From an uncultured Chloroflexia bacterium (GTDB lineage Bacteria > Chloroflexota > Anaerolineae > CG2-30-64-16), in NCBI GenBank assembly GCA_963774265.1, contig CAVZDU010000007.1, positions 416,001-480,000 of the forward strand: a DNA stretch of 64,000 nt, written 5' to 3'. This document shows, in pieces, positions 29,496-40,507 of this stretch. The first letter of the stretch is position 1. Each line of letters begins with the position of its first letter. The notes beneath the pieces were generated by a model. It did not search any database and was not told the origin of the DNA. It worked only from the letters and a program-made list of their open reading frames with translations. The position numbers and the translations under genes are program-made.

Positions 29496-30050
29496 ATGGT
29501 CAACGCTGAAGATGTCGTAGGTCTCTGTCGCCGCCTTTTGGACAATGGGATTCACATTTGGTTGACCGGCGGGTGGGGAATTGATGCATTGCTTGGCGAG
29601 CAGTCGCGTCCACACAAGGATCTTGATGCGATCCTGCTGCTGGACGACATGGTCCAAATGCGCGAAATCCTTAGCCGGGATGGTTATGACCTGAAGGAAC
29701 TTTGGTCGGAGAATCGCTGGGCTGTTGACAAGGCAGGCAATACAACAGCAACGGCCTTCGTCTTGCAGGATAAGGAGGGTCGTGAATTTGATGCTCATGC
29801 AATGTGTCTCGATGGGAATGGCAATGGAGTTCCTGCATGGACGGCAGACGGCGAGTTTGTCTTCAGGAAGGAAGACCTCGAAGGAAAAGGAATAATCGCC
29901 GGGCATTCCGTCAAATGCATTTCTTCTAACATGCAGGTCCATTGTCACAGAGGGTATAAGCTACCAGAGGCGCATTTGCACGATTTGGAGTTGCTTCGTG
30001 AGAAGTTCGGCGTAGAGGTTCCCGCCGGGAGGCCGCCGGGCACCTTATGA
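29496..30050 (+). CDS. Lnu(A)/ANT(2'')-family nucleotidyltransferase
   Basis: WLTGGWGIDALLGEQSRPHKDLD, DAH, QVHCHRGY. Confidence 0.8.
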   Translation: MVNAEDVVGLCRRLLDNGIHIWLTGGWGIDALLGEQSRPHKDLDAILLLDDMVQMREILSRDGYDLKELWSENRWAVDKAGNTTATAFVLQDKEGREFDAHAMCLDGNGNGVPAWTADGEFVFRKEDLEGKGIIAGHSVKCISSNMQVHCHRGYKLPEAHLHDLELLREKFGVEVPAGRPPGTL

Positions 30051-30150
30051 AGGAGCAACCGCGAATCTGGCGAGAAGGCTGCGCTTCGCTTTCTTCCACC
30101 TGACGCGACTGTAGCATGTTGCCTGGCCGCGGTCCCAGCCGGCTCAGCAA

Positions 30151-31740
30151 CTACAGCAGTTTGCCGGGATTCATCATCCGCGTGGGATCGAATGCCGCCA
30201 GAAGGGCGCGTAAGGCCGACATGCCGAGCGCGCCTTTTTCGTTCACCAGGTAGGCCGCGTGATCGACACCCACGCCGTGCTGGTGGCTGATGGTCCCGCC
30301 ATTGGCCAAAATGGCCTGGGTTGCCGCAGCCTTCAACTTGCGCCAGCGCGTCAACGTGACCCGTGGCTCCCCAGCAGTCCGGAAGAGGAACGTGGTATAG
30401 ACGCTCGATCCGGTCGGGTACAAGTGCGACAGGTGAGTGAAGACATGGACGCGCTCGCCCTCGTCCGACAGCCCCAGCCGGAGCGCCGCGTTGACCGCCT
30501 CCACCAGCCCCGGAATACGATCCCACGACGTCGCCGTCTCCAGCGTGTCGATGGCGTATCCCATCTCCCAGAGCGTATTTCGCAGGTAGGGCGTGCGGAA
30601 TCGCGATTTGCGCCACTCCCGGCCGAACCTCTCCCCCATGTGCACCCCTTTATGCTGCATTGCGATCCCCAGCGCCTCCTGGCGCGCCGCCTTAACGAGC
30701 TTGCTCTTTCCGCTGAACCCCAATAGCAGCATACATTTCTCGCCTGCGACGCCGCGGGCCGATAGGTATCGTTCCAGGAGGTGGATGAGCTGGGTGTGTC
30801 CGGCCAGGACCAGGGTGGTCTCAGTCTCAAGGGGCGTGCTCAGCCTGAGCATCGAGAGTGGAAGTTGCGCCTGAACGATCGCCCGGGCTGCATCGAGGCC
30901 CGCTTCGAAGGCCGGCAGGAAGACCGCATGAAAAGCCTCCGTCTCGGGCAGGGGAGTGACCCGGACCGTGGCTTCCGTGATGATCCCGGCGCGGCCCTCC
31001 GAGCCCAGCACCACCTCGCGCAGGTCCGGTCCGGCGGCCGAGGCGGGGAAGGCAGGCAGCACCAGCGGCCCGGCCGGCGTCTCCATCCGTCCGCCCGCGA
31101 ACAGCCGCTCGATGCGGCCGTAGCCCAGCGCCTGCTGCCCGGCCGAGCGGGTCGCGATCCAGCCGCCCAGGGTGGAGTATTCGAACGATTGGGGGAAGTG
31201 GCCGAGGGTGAAGCCTTCGGCGTTGAGGGCAGCCTCGAGATCCGGCCCAGACACGCCCGCGCCGAAGGTGGCGAGATGGCTTTGGGCGTCGAGCCGAATG
31301 AGCGCGTTGAGCCTGCTCAGATCGACGGTGAGCACCGGCCGCTCGTCCGCCAGCGGATTGATGTGCCCTACGACGCTTGTGCCGCCGCCGTAAGGGATGA
31401 TCGCCACACCGCTGCGACGAGCAACCTCGACCAACTCCCGCACCTCATCAGGGGTGGCTGGATACGCGACGCCATCAGGAAAGGCGCTGACCTGGCCGCT
31501 GCGCAGGTTGATCCAGTCCGATAGGCTCTGCCCCGCCGCGTGGCGGGCGCGATCCACCGGATCATCGGAGAGCAGCGGGTGCGAGGGCAGGCGGCTTTCG
31601 GGGACGGTCCTGACTACATCCTCGAAGGCTGCATCCTGGGGCGGTGCACCCGCGCCCACGCGCTCTGCGAGGTACTGCCTTGCTTTCGTATGGAGGGGAT
31701 AGTCGATGGCGTCATCGCCCCAACCATTCCAGCGCCGCAT
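30151..31740 (-). CDS. FAD-binding oxidoreductase (alkyl-DHAP synthase-like)
   Basis: MRRWNGWG, PYGGGTSVVG, GHFPQSFEYSTLGGW, HLSHLY, SHQHGVG, NPGKL. Confidence 0.9.
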   Translation of the reverse strand: MRRWNGWGDDAIDYPLHTKARQYLAERVGAGAPPQDAAFEDVVRTVPESRLPSHPLLSDDPVDRARHAAGQSLSDWINLRSGQVSAFPDGVAYPATPDEVRELVEVARRSGVAIIPYGGGTSVVGHINPLADERPVLTVDLSRLNALIRLDAQSHLATFGAGVSGPDLEAALNAEGFTLGHFPQSFEYSTLGGWIATRSAGQQALGYGRIERLFAGGRMETPAGPLVLPAFPASAAGPDLREVVLGSEGRAGIITEATVRVTPLPETEAFHAVFLPAFEAGLDAARAIVQAQLPLSMLRLSTPLETETTLVLAGHTQLIHLLERYLSARGVAGEKCMLLLGFSGKSKLVKAARQEALGIAMQHKGVHMGERFGREWRKSRFRTPYLRNTLWEMGYAIDTLETATSWDRIPGLVEAVNAALRLGLSDEGERVHVFTHLSHLYPTGSSVYTTFLFRTAGEPRVTLTRWRKLKAAATQAILANGGTISHQHGVGVDHAAYLVNEKGALGMSALRALLAAFDPTRMMNPGKLL

Positions 31741-31777
31741 TGCGTGCTCCTCTGCGTGGCCCAGGCGGCCGGCATTC

Positions 31778-31866
31778 AGGTGCCCGGCACTTTTGCTGGG
31801 AAAGGTGCCCGGCACTCAGTACTCAGGTGCCCGGCACTTCGAAAGTGCCGGGCACCTGAAGCACCT
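31778..31866. repeat. cluster of four REP half-sites (GGTGCCCGGCAC)
   Basis: Repeated AGGTGCCCGGCAC and AAGTGCCGGGCACCT in the intergenic gap. Confidence 0.9.
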
Positions 31867-31875
31867 TCTCCGAGA

Positions 31876-34800
31876 TCACTCCACGATCACCACATCGCCA
31901 GTGCTGCGCCCGAACGTCTCCGGCGCATACATCTCTTCTGCCTTCGTCGGCGGAACCACAAAGCGTCCCGGTGTCGTGGCGCGGGCGATGTAGGTGTAGT
32001 TGTGCACGCCGGCCCACAAGGTCGACGTGAACGCCTCAGCCCGCTGATCGCGCAGGTTTTGATGCTCGTACCAGGGGCCCCACCACCACCAATAGCCCTT
32101 GGCCGCGGGCTGGTTGGCTTCCGCGGGCAGCGAGCCGGTGGTCGCCAGGGCCGGGTTCAAGGGTTCGAGCCCGGCGGGGAGCGGATCGGTCAATGCAACG
32201 TGGTACCGCCGCGCGGGCGCAACCATCGTCAGCTTGATCCGCACGCGCGTGCCGGCCTTGATGTGCCAGTCGCCGTTCGCGTCGCGGCGCACATCCGATG
32301 GATTGTCGACCGCTTCATAGGTCCGCTCGACGGTGAAGCCGGCATCGTACGCGGGCAGGGTGAGGTCGCGCGGCGCGTAGCGAAGGCCCAGCCGGTAGTA
32401 CAGCCGTCCTGGCCCGTCCTTCGACAGGATCAGGTCCTGCGAGCCGACGGGTCCCTCGGCGAGGTAGGACATCGGCACATCGATTTGTTTGTAGTCTGTG
32501 CTGCGCCCCTTGAAGGTCGATTCACCCGCATAGCGGTCGCCCAGCCAGACGCGGGCGATGAAGTCCGGCGTCTGCGCCTCGTAGGTGTTGAAGTAGCGAT
32601 CGAGGGCCAGCAGGATGAAGATGTTCTCCTGGGTGTTGCCCCAGCGCCCCGCGGTGCGCCCGCCCAGCAGGCCCGCGACGAGCTTGGGGATCAGGTCACT
32701 CTCGGGTTGATCGCCGATCAGCGCATTCAGGATCACGCCGTCGGCCCGACGGTTCGAATAGAGCAGCACGTAGTCCTGGTCGCTGTAGCTCGCGGCAAAG
32801 TGCGCGGCGCCTGCAGTTTCGGTCACCCGATTCAACAGGTGGCGACGGATGGCGGCCACCTGCTCCGTCGAGCCGGGGTCGTCGGTGAAGACAGAGAGAA
32901 GCCAGCCGATGGCCTCCGGGCTGAGTTTCTCCAGCCCTGCGTCGGCCAGGAGCTTCCGAGCCTTGGCTGCGTCTTTATCGCCCATCAGGTCGCGCACGTA
33001 AAGTGCGTACGCGCTCAGTGAATAGCGCACGTCCTGACCGTACCACGAGGGATAGTGTGTCTCGATGGAGGTCAGGTAGGTGCGCGCACGTTCGAGCATG
33101 TCGGCAGGCACGGTGTAGCCCTTCAGCTTCGCGGCCTGCAACGCGTGGGCGACGTGAATCGTGTGGTACGGCCACGATTCGTCTCCGCGCTTCCAGATCG
33201 GGAACCCAGCATCGTTATTCTGCATACCTTGCAGCCGCTCGATGTCGCGTTTGACTGCCGCTTCGATATCCGCAGGCGGCGGCAGGCCCTCCGCCTGGAA
33301 GGCAGTGAGCACGTCCCGCAGCGCGGCCACGGCCAGGATGCGCGATGCCAGTTGCTCCGAGCATTCGAAGGGGTACTGCACCAAGTATAGGAATGAATCG
33401 GTAAGCGCCTGGAGCGCGGTGGACGACGTGGTGATTTCGAGGCCGCCGAACTGCGTGTAGACGCCAGTGGGTGCGATGACCGGTTGCGCGAGGCTCCCCT
33501 CATCCAGCGTACCATAAACTGCAAAGGCCTCGGTCGTTGCCGGTGTGTAGACGGGCAGCTCACCCGTTGCGGCATCCGCCCACTTGCCCGACGCGACCGC
33601 GACCTGGAAGCGTGCGGTGCCCGCGCTCGCGGTCGTAGCCGGGAAGCGCACCTCAACCCGATCGTTCGCGGGCACGGTGACGCGGCGGCCATCGCCCGCC
33701 GTGAGCAGCAGATTCGCCGTCCGCACGGCCACGTCGACGGTCAGGGGAGCATCGGTCTGATTCTGCACCACAACAGGCAGCTCGAACCGATCGCCGAAAT
33801 TGAGAAAACGCGGGGCAGAGGGCCGCACCATCAGCGGCAGCCGTGCGGTCACGGACGAGGCGCCCTTTCCGAACTGGCTGCCCCCGGCCACCGCAACCAC
33901 CATGACGCGGTAGCGCGTCAGATTGTCCGGGACCTTGATCGACAACTGTCCGCGGCCCTGCGCATCGGTGGGGGTGGCCGGCGACCAGTGAGCCAGCGGG
34001 TTGAAGTCGGTGCGGACGGTGATCGGCGTGTCTGGTGACGCGCTCACAGCCTCCCGCGCGGCCTTTTCCATCGATGGCGCTGCCGCGGCCGGCATCGGGG
34101 CTTGCGTAGCCGCGGCCGCCGCGTCCATAGCCATTCCGCCACTGGCTCCAGCAGCATTTGCGGTGACTGCGTTCTCCAGCTGCATCGGGTTGGCCAGGAT
34201 GATGTATCCGCGGTTGTGGCTGTCCATCACATCGGTCCCTCGTTCGGAATAGAACGTGGTGATCGGGTCGGGCACATCATAGCCGGTGAGGGCCAGGATC
34301 GCTTCGTCGACGACGGCAACCGCCAGCTCTGCGTTCGGCACAGGGTTGCCCTTCGCATCTTTGACCAGGACGTCCAGTGTGGTCGAGCCGCCCGGCTCCA
34401 GCTTTTCGGTCAGGGGCTTTGCCTCGACGGCCAGGGTGCGCGCGAGCGGCGGGACCGTCAGGTTCAATTCGCCCTTCGCGTAGGCCGGCCGCTTGGGCAA
34501 TTCGGTCTTCGATTGGCCCTCGGTGACGACTGCCGCGTCTCCGGTTCGCTCGGCCGCGCCCACCAGGTCCACCTGCACAGTGATGTTCGGCACATAGCCT
34601 TCTTCGATGGGGATGCGCAAGACAATCGAAGGCTCCTTCAGCGTGAAACGCTTGCTCTCCACGAGGCCGCTTCGTCGAAGGCTGAGCGTGCCCTCGGCAG
34701 GATAGAAGGGAGCCTGCACGAGGATTTCGGCCGTTTCGCCTGCCCGGTATTCTTTCTTATCCGGGACGAGCGTGATCTCCTCCTGTTGCACCTCGCGTGA

Positions 34801-37800
34801 CGGCACGCGCTCACCGCCGCTGACCCAGCGGGTCAATTCCGTGCGGTTCGGCCGGCCCTGCTCATCGGTCACGACTGCGGCGATGCGGTAGGTGCCGCCA
34901 TCAGGTGTCTCGAACGTACAGCGCACCGGCTGCTCGCCCGACTTGACGGTGCAAGGCTGTGGATTGACCTCTTCCTCCTGATAACGGTCACTCGACCACT
35001 TCCACTCGATGCGGGCCGCGGTCAGTTTGACTTCGATGCCGGGGATCGCCTTGCCGTCCAGGTCGGTGACGATGATGTCGACCGGAAGCGGTTCTTCGCG
35101 CTCGACGAACAGCCGCTCGGTGCGCAGGCCCACATAGAGGTCCGCCGGGTGCACCAACAGATCCCGCGCCCGCGGTCCACGCCTGGCGATTCACGTCCTG
35201 CACCGTCGCTTCCAGCCGGACCGATGCCGGCTCGGGCGGCGTCACCGCGTCGAAGTCTAACTGCAGCCGGTGGATGCCGGCCGCATCGGTTGTGCCGGTG
35301 AACGTTTTTCCTGATTCGATTGCCGGTTTTTCGCTCTCCGACCACCACATGCGCCACCAGGGGACCCAACGCCCAAAGGTGAAGTCGTCCCAGCCGGGCG
35401 GGCTGTACGAACCCGACCGGGATGTCACTGTCCAGCTCACGGGCGCGTTCGGCAATGCGCCACCCGCGTAGTAGTTGGCTGTCACCTCGGCCGTGGCGCG
35501 CTCGCCAACAAAGAACGGACCTTCGCCGGGATTGACCTTGACCTCGAACTCAGGCCGGCGGAACTCCTGCACCTGGATCTGGTGTCCGTAGGAGCGGCCG
35601 TCAACACTCCCGGAACCTATCACATCGAACTGCAGGTACGCGGGACCGAGGTTCATGGCGTCATTCAGTTTGAAGCTGAAGTCGAAGCCGCCCATTGCAT
35701 TCAGGTCCGCGCGGCCGGTCGCAACCTCGTTGCCCCGGCTGTCCTGCAGACGGTAGGTCACCGCCTCTGCCGCGCCCTGGAGTGCTCCGATGTCGCCACA
35801 CGGGCCCGCGCCCCAGCGCCGAATCCACCCTTTGACATGCACTTCTTCGCCGGGACGGTACATCTGCCGGTCGTCGAAGACGTACCAGCGCAGTGCATCG
35901 TTCAAGGGCTGTTGCGCCCAACCCTCGTCGCCCCAGAAATATACGTTGGCCGGCAGGATGGCCGTCTCAGCACCCGACCTGGCGATGAGCAACTGTGCGG
36001 CCTGACCAGCGGGGAGCGGAATTGTTGCAGTCCCGTCCGCGCCGGTGCGAGCACTCCCTGAACCGGGCCACAACGACAGCTCCACGTTCGGCAGCGGCGA
36101 GCCGTCCTTCAGAGAGTTCGCCCAAGCCAACATCTGTCCCGCGTCGGCGAAGGCGTCCAAGCCAATCTGCGTGCGCTGTACCCAGATGACTGACTCTTCC
36201 ACGCGGCCGCGCTGGGGGAGGAGGGCAGGGAGGCCCGTTCGCTCTGGTTTCACCAGCACGACAAGGTGGCCCTGAGACTGCTTGAAGGCTGCGTCGAGGT
36301 CGATCATCGTCTCAATGAGCTTGTCGGCCACCGACTCAACCGGCACGGTCTTCTGATAAACCTGCCGGCCCGGTATGGGAGGCAACTGATCCGTGCGGTA
36401 ACGTTCGCGGAGGTAGGTCTTGAACGCGGTCCAATCTTCGGGCGTCACCGCGTAGGCGCGCACGTTCAGGCGACCGTAGTTGATCGAGTACGCGGATAGC
36501 GAGGGCTTGCCGAGCGGATCGAGCACCACGAAATTGTCGCCCGGAACAACCATCGTAGGCTGTGCGGAGCCGACGACAATGCTCACCGTTTCGGTCTTGC
36601 CCAGGGTCTGGCCAAAGGTATCCCCGATGCTGGCATCCAGGGTGATGCGATAGGTGGTGCGGCCCTGGCTGGCGCCGCTGATTTGCAGCGTGTTGCCGTA
36701 CGCATCGAGCGAGAGGCCGGACAGCGCCGGCACAACGGTTACAGAGGCTTCAGTGATGGTATCCCGGTTCAGAGGGTTTGAGAATTCAACCTGCCACGGC
36801 ATGAACGGCGTGCATTCACCGCCCCAGCCGCATTGCGACCTGATCACCTTCAGCGGGCCGTACGTGCGGAAGGTGTATGTTTCGGCCGCCGGAGCGGTCA
36901 ATGGTCCTTCCGCGGACGGCGTGCCAGGTCCGACTGTGACGGTCACCGCCGTGTCCGCTGGCAGCGGTTCAGTCGTTCGGAACGCCAGCCACCGACCCTC
37001 TTGGGCATTCTGCATGAGGCTGGAGAGTGCCTCGTCGGCCTTTGCCTCATCCTCAGTCACCAGCTTGATGGCAACGGTCCGGTCACCTGCCTTAACTGAG
37101 ATGGTCTTCAGAACGGCTTCGGGGTCGATGCGCTGGTTGAATGAGACGAACAGGGGGGTGTCGCGCCGCGTCGGACCGCCCTTGGGGAACGCACTCTCGA
37201 TGACGGGAGCGGGCGTGGTAAATGTAAAGGTGACGCCCCGGCTGAGCTTGCCGCCGGTGGCGGAGGTGGTTCCCGCGGGGATGTCGACCGAGTATTTAGT
37301 GGCTGCGGGGAACCGGCCTGCAGCAAAGCCGGTCTTCGCCGCCGGCTCGAACAACAGCGTCTTCGTGCCGACCCACCGCCACTGACCCTCGGGTTGAGGC
37401 GAGAGGCGCACGGGCACGTCACCCTTGGCCAGGTCGCTAAGCCCGGTCAGGGCCACCATGGGCTGGCTGAACGTCACGCTGAGATTGGGCGCAAGGGACA
37501 CATCGCCCTCGGGCCCGTAGCGCAGCACCTCCAGGGGCCCTGATGCCACTTCGGGCGCGGAGGTGGGTGCGGGCGCGGGGGGGAATGATTCCTTGACCGT
37601 CGTCCCCGGACGCGGCGCAGGCAACGTGTCAGTGGGCAGGTTCAGTTCTTTCACATCACCTGCCTCCCCTTCCAGCGCGGGCAGACGGCTCAGCAGCTTC
37701 TGGGTTTCCGCCGCGGATAGCGGTGTGGAAGGGGCCGGCGGGAGTACGCCCGCGGGGGCGGCTTGCTCGCTGCCCTCCGACAGCCGGTATTGAAGGCCCG

Positions 37801-37987
37801 GCGTTGGCTGGGGCGTGGCCGCGACGGCTGCGCCGGTCGCTACGGCCGTGCTGCTGAGCGGCGCGTTGGCCGTCGGTTCGGCAGCGACCGGCGTAGATTT
37901 GGCGCGACATGCGGTGACGGCCAGGGCCGTCACCACAACGAGGGCCACCAGGATGAAACGAGTTGCTGGGGCGCGGGTGCTGAACAT
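31876..37987 (-). CDS. alpha-2-macroglobulin family lipoprotein (~2000 aa), frameshift near 35165
   Basis: LAVTAC lipobox, Big domains, DRQMYRPGE, VQEFRRPEFEV, PDNLT, PRF, thioester YPFECSEQ, AEEMYAPE. Confidence 0.93.
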
Positions 37988-38073
37988 GGGAGTCCTCCTC
38001 CTGTGATCGCAGTCAGGCAGGGACGCTTAGAACACGCTGGGCAAGGGCCCGCTGCGGCGCCAGTCTCCTTGAA

Positions 38074-38908
38074 TTATACCAGCTTTTCACCGTTGTGACG
38101 TGCCAGGAATGTCCATAGTTCCGGAGTGGGACGGAAGGCGAGGGTGTAGACCGGGATCCGATCGACGATGGCGCCGGCGACCTGAAGCCAGGCGGCTGCG
38201 CTCTCGACACGCTCGGTGGCGACCTTCTCCGTGGTCAGCAGACGCGGCCACGGCTTGGCCGGGTGTGAGGGGTGTTAGTGAGAAATCGGGCGCCTGAGTG
38301 AGGGAAAACAACCCGGCGATCGGGACACATCGATTGATACGCCGGATCAGCTCCGGTGGCGTGCTGTGTCCCCAGAAGGGCGTGCTGCAGACCTCGACAC
38401 CGTCACTCTTCAATCGCAGCACTACATTTTCGTCGGTCAGCAATTGGCCGTGACCGGCCGCGAGTTTCGCCACGGTGGTCTTACCTGCCCCGGACGGGCC
38501 GAAGAACACGTAGCCCCGGCCATCTATGGCGATCCCGGAAGCGTGAAGGAGCAGCGCGTCATTCTGGCGCGGCAGGGCCTGCATGTACATGTATCCGAGG
38601 GTGCGCTCCAGCGCCGACGCGGCGCGTTCGAGCGCCGGGGCAGTCACAGAGGCGGTGCACGTGCCCAGGTCGATCTGGCCGCGGTACCGATTAACGTGGA
38701 AATGCGTGACCTGGCCTTCGTGTTCGAGCCAACCGGGATCTTCGGCAGGAATCGACGCATCCCTCAGCAAGGTCACCTGCCAGTCGGGCGGCTCGTTCGT
38801 CAGGAAGGCGGTGTAGCGCTCGCGCAAGGGCGCGGCCCAATCGGGATCAGGGAAACGAATCTCGCTGACCAGGCCGGCGACGTCGATCGTCACAGTTAGG
38901 AAAGTCAT
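38074..38908 (-). CDS. HPr-kinase-related P-loop protein, frameshift near 38242
   Basis: LLHASG, GPSGAGKTT, LLTDE, STPFWG; corrected frame ends RHNGEKLV* at 38074. Confidence 0.7.
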
Positions 38909-39342
38909 CGAAGCCTCCGCACGATCCAGCGCGCCCCCCTCAGTACATGATGCCGCACTATCCAGGCCCATGCCACCCACCTCTCCGCAGCCTTCGGCCA
39001 GACACGCAATCCGTTGACATAAGCAGAAGTCACCCGTCCCAACACCTGGCCCGGTATGAGCGGCCGGTCTGGGCCGAGTCGATTATCGCCCTGGGCGATC
39101 AGGATGTCCCCCGTCCGCCGAACAAGCCGGTGCGCGACGAGCGCATCGTCAACGACGAAGACGATCAATTCGCCCAGCCTGGGCCGTCCCGCTAAGGGTG
39201 TGATATCGATCTCGCACTGGGCCGGCAGGGTGGGGCGCATGCTGTTGCCGCGCAGGGGCAAACGAAACCGGCCCTCCGCGGTGAGCGCCTCCCGGAGGAG
39301 TGGGAGCCACACCGCAGCGTCAATCTGGGATTGGGCGGTCAT
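38905..39342 (-). CDS. S24/S26 family peptidase-like protein
   Basis: GNSMRPTL, HRLV, QGDN; ATGA overlaps with both neighbours. Confidence 0.75.
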   Translation of the reverse strand: MTAQSQIDAAVWLPLLREALTAEGRFRLPLRGNSMRPTLPAQCEIDITPLAGRPRLGELIVFVVDDALVAHRLVRRTGDILIAQGDNRLGPDRPLIPGQVLGRVTSAYVNGLRVWPKAAERWVAWAWIVRHHVLRGARWIVRRLR

Positions 39343-40454
39343 CGAGCGTGTTCCTGTCGGGCGGCCAGCAGCCCTTCCAGTGGCCGTAGGGCTGTGCGCA
39401 TCGCCAGCCAGCCCGCATAGCGGATCGCCTGCGCAGGCTGCAGCGCGGCCAGCGTGCTCATCGCGCGACGCCATGCGCGTCCTCCCGTCTCATCGCCGAT
39501 CCCCCATGACATAACGGAGATGCGATCGGATGCAAGCCCCGCAAGCGCCTGGGCGACGCCGGGAGGGGCGGGTGTACCCAGCCACCGTGAGACGACCGTG
39601 AGGCAGGTGTGCAACGGGTGGCCGATTTTCCATTCCTCGGCAAGGCGGAGCACCTCTCCCCAGTCCATCGTAGCCGAACGGGCGAGCCGGTCGATGTCGA
39701 CGAGCCAAAGCAGCCGCAGGTCCCGGCTGTGGTGCATCGCCAGGTGTGCAGCGGCATGCGCTAACAGGACAGCAGGGCGAGGCACGAGGAACTGGGGCAG
39801 ACCTGGCGCTGCTGACGCCTCCCGCCAGATGTCAGGGGGAGAGATGCGCTCGACATAATAGGGCACTTCGACGAGCGCCCAATGCAGCTCAACCAGCAGG
39901 CGCCCGCATCCCGGCACATCTGCAACGAGGGGCAATTCGGCGCGATAGCGGCGCACCCAGGGGCCGATTCGCTTGTCCGCCGCGATCCCAACGGCCTGGT
40001 ATCCCAGCGACGCCAGAGTCGACTGAGCCGCGCTGACTGCCTCGCGGTCAATCAGCAGGTCGATGTCACTGACAGGGCGGATGGCGGGGTTGCCGTAAAT
40101 GGTCCGTCCCAACGCGGCGCCTTTCAGCAGGGCCAGGCCCGGGCAAGCCAGGCCGATGCGCGCCAGTTCGTTCTCGAGAAGGAAGGCGCGCGCTGCGCTG
40201 GACTGGAAAGCCTCAACCAGGGCCACGCGGAACCCGGTCGTCAGCGAGAGCCAGGCCGGGTCATCGCGCAGTCGAACGTAGAGCAGGGGCAGCACCCCAT
40301 GTGCGCTGAGTACGCGCTGCGCAGCTTCGAATCCCAGCGGCGGTGTCGGGAGGGGGGTGTGCTCCTCCCCGCGCAGCGCCAGAGCAAGCCACGCAGCCCA
40401 TTCGTCAGAGAGTGCGTAACTGTCACGAAAGCTAAAAGGGGTGAACAAGGCCAT
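39339..40454 (-). CDS. nucleotidyltransferase family protein (NTP_transf_5-like)
   Basis: LLKGAAL..IY..PAIRPVSDIDLLI, VELHW, WLVDI. Confidence 0.85.
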   Translation of the reverse strand: MALFTPFSFRDSYALSDEWAAWLALALRGEEHTPLPTPPLGFEAAQRVLSAHGVLPLLYVRLRDDPAWLSLTTGFRVALVEAFQSSAARAFLLENELARIGLACPGLALLKGAALGRTIYGNPAIRPVSDIDLLIDREAVSAAQSTLASLGYQAVGIAADKRIGPWVRRYRAELPLVADVPGCGRLLVELHWALVEVPYYVERISPPDIWREASAAPGLPQFLVPRPAVLLAHAAAHLAMHHSRDLRLLWLVDIDRLARSATMDWGEVLRLAEEWKIGHPLHTCLTVVSRWLGTPAPPGVAQALAGLASDRISVMSWGIGDETGGRAWRRAMSTLAALQPAQAIRYAGWLAMRTALRPLEGLLAARQEHAR

Positions 40455-40507
40455 GACGATTTCCGGTCAGGACCGCCACGCCATGTCCTGGACCTGGTGT
40501 AAGGATC

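Noticed and set aside
29316-30150. Integron cassette carrying the nucleotidyltransferase
   Set aside because: No convincing attC boxes and no integrase
31540-33021. Long antisense/shadow ORFs (also 20480-21928, 23877-25262, 61635-63170)
   Set aside because: They overlap well-supported genes on the opposite strand and are typical GC-rich artefacts
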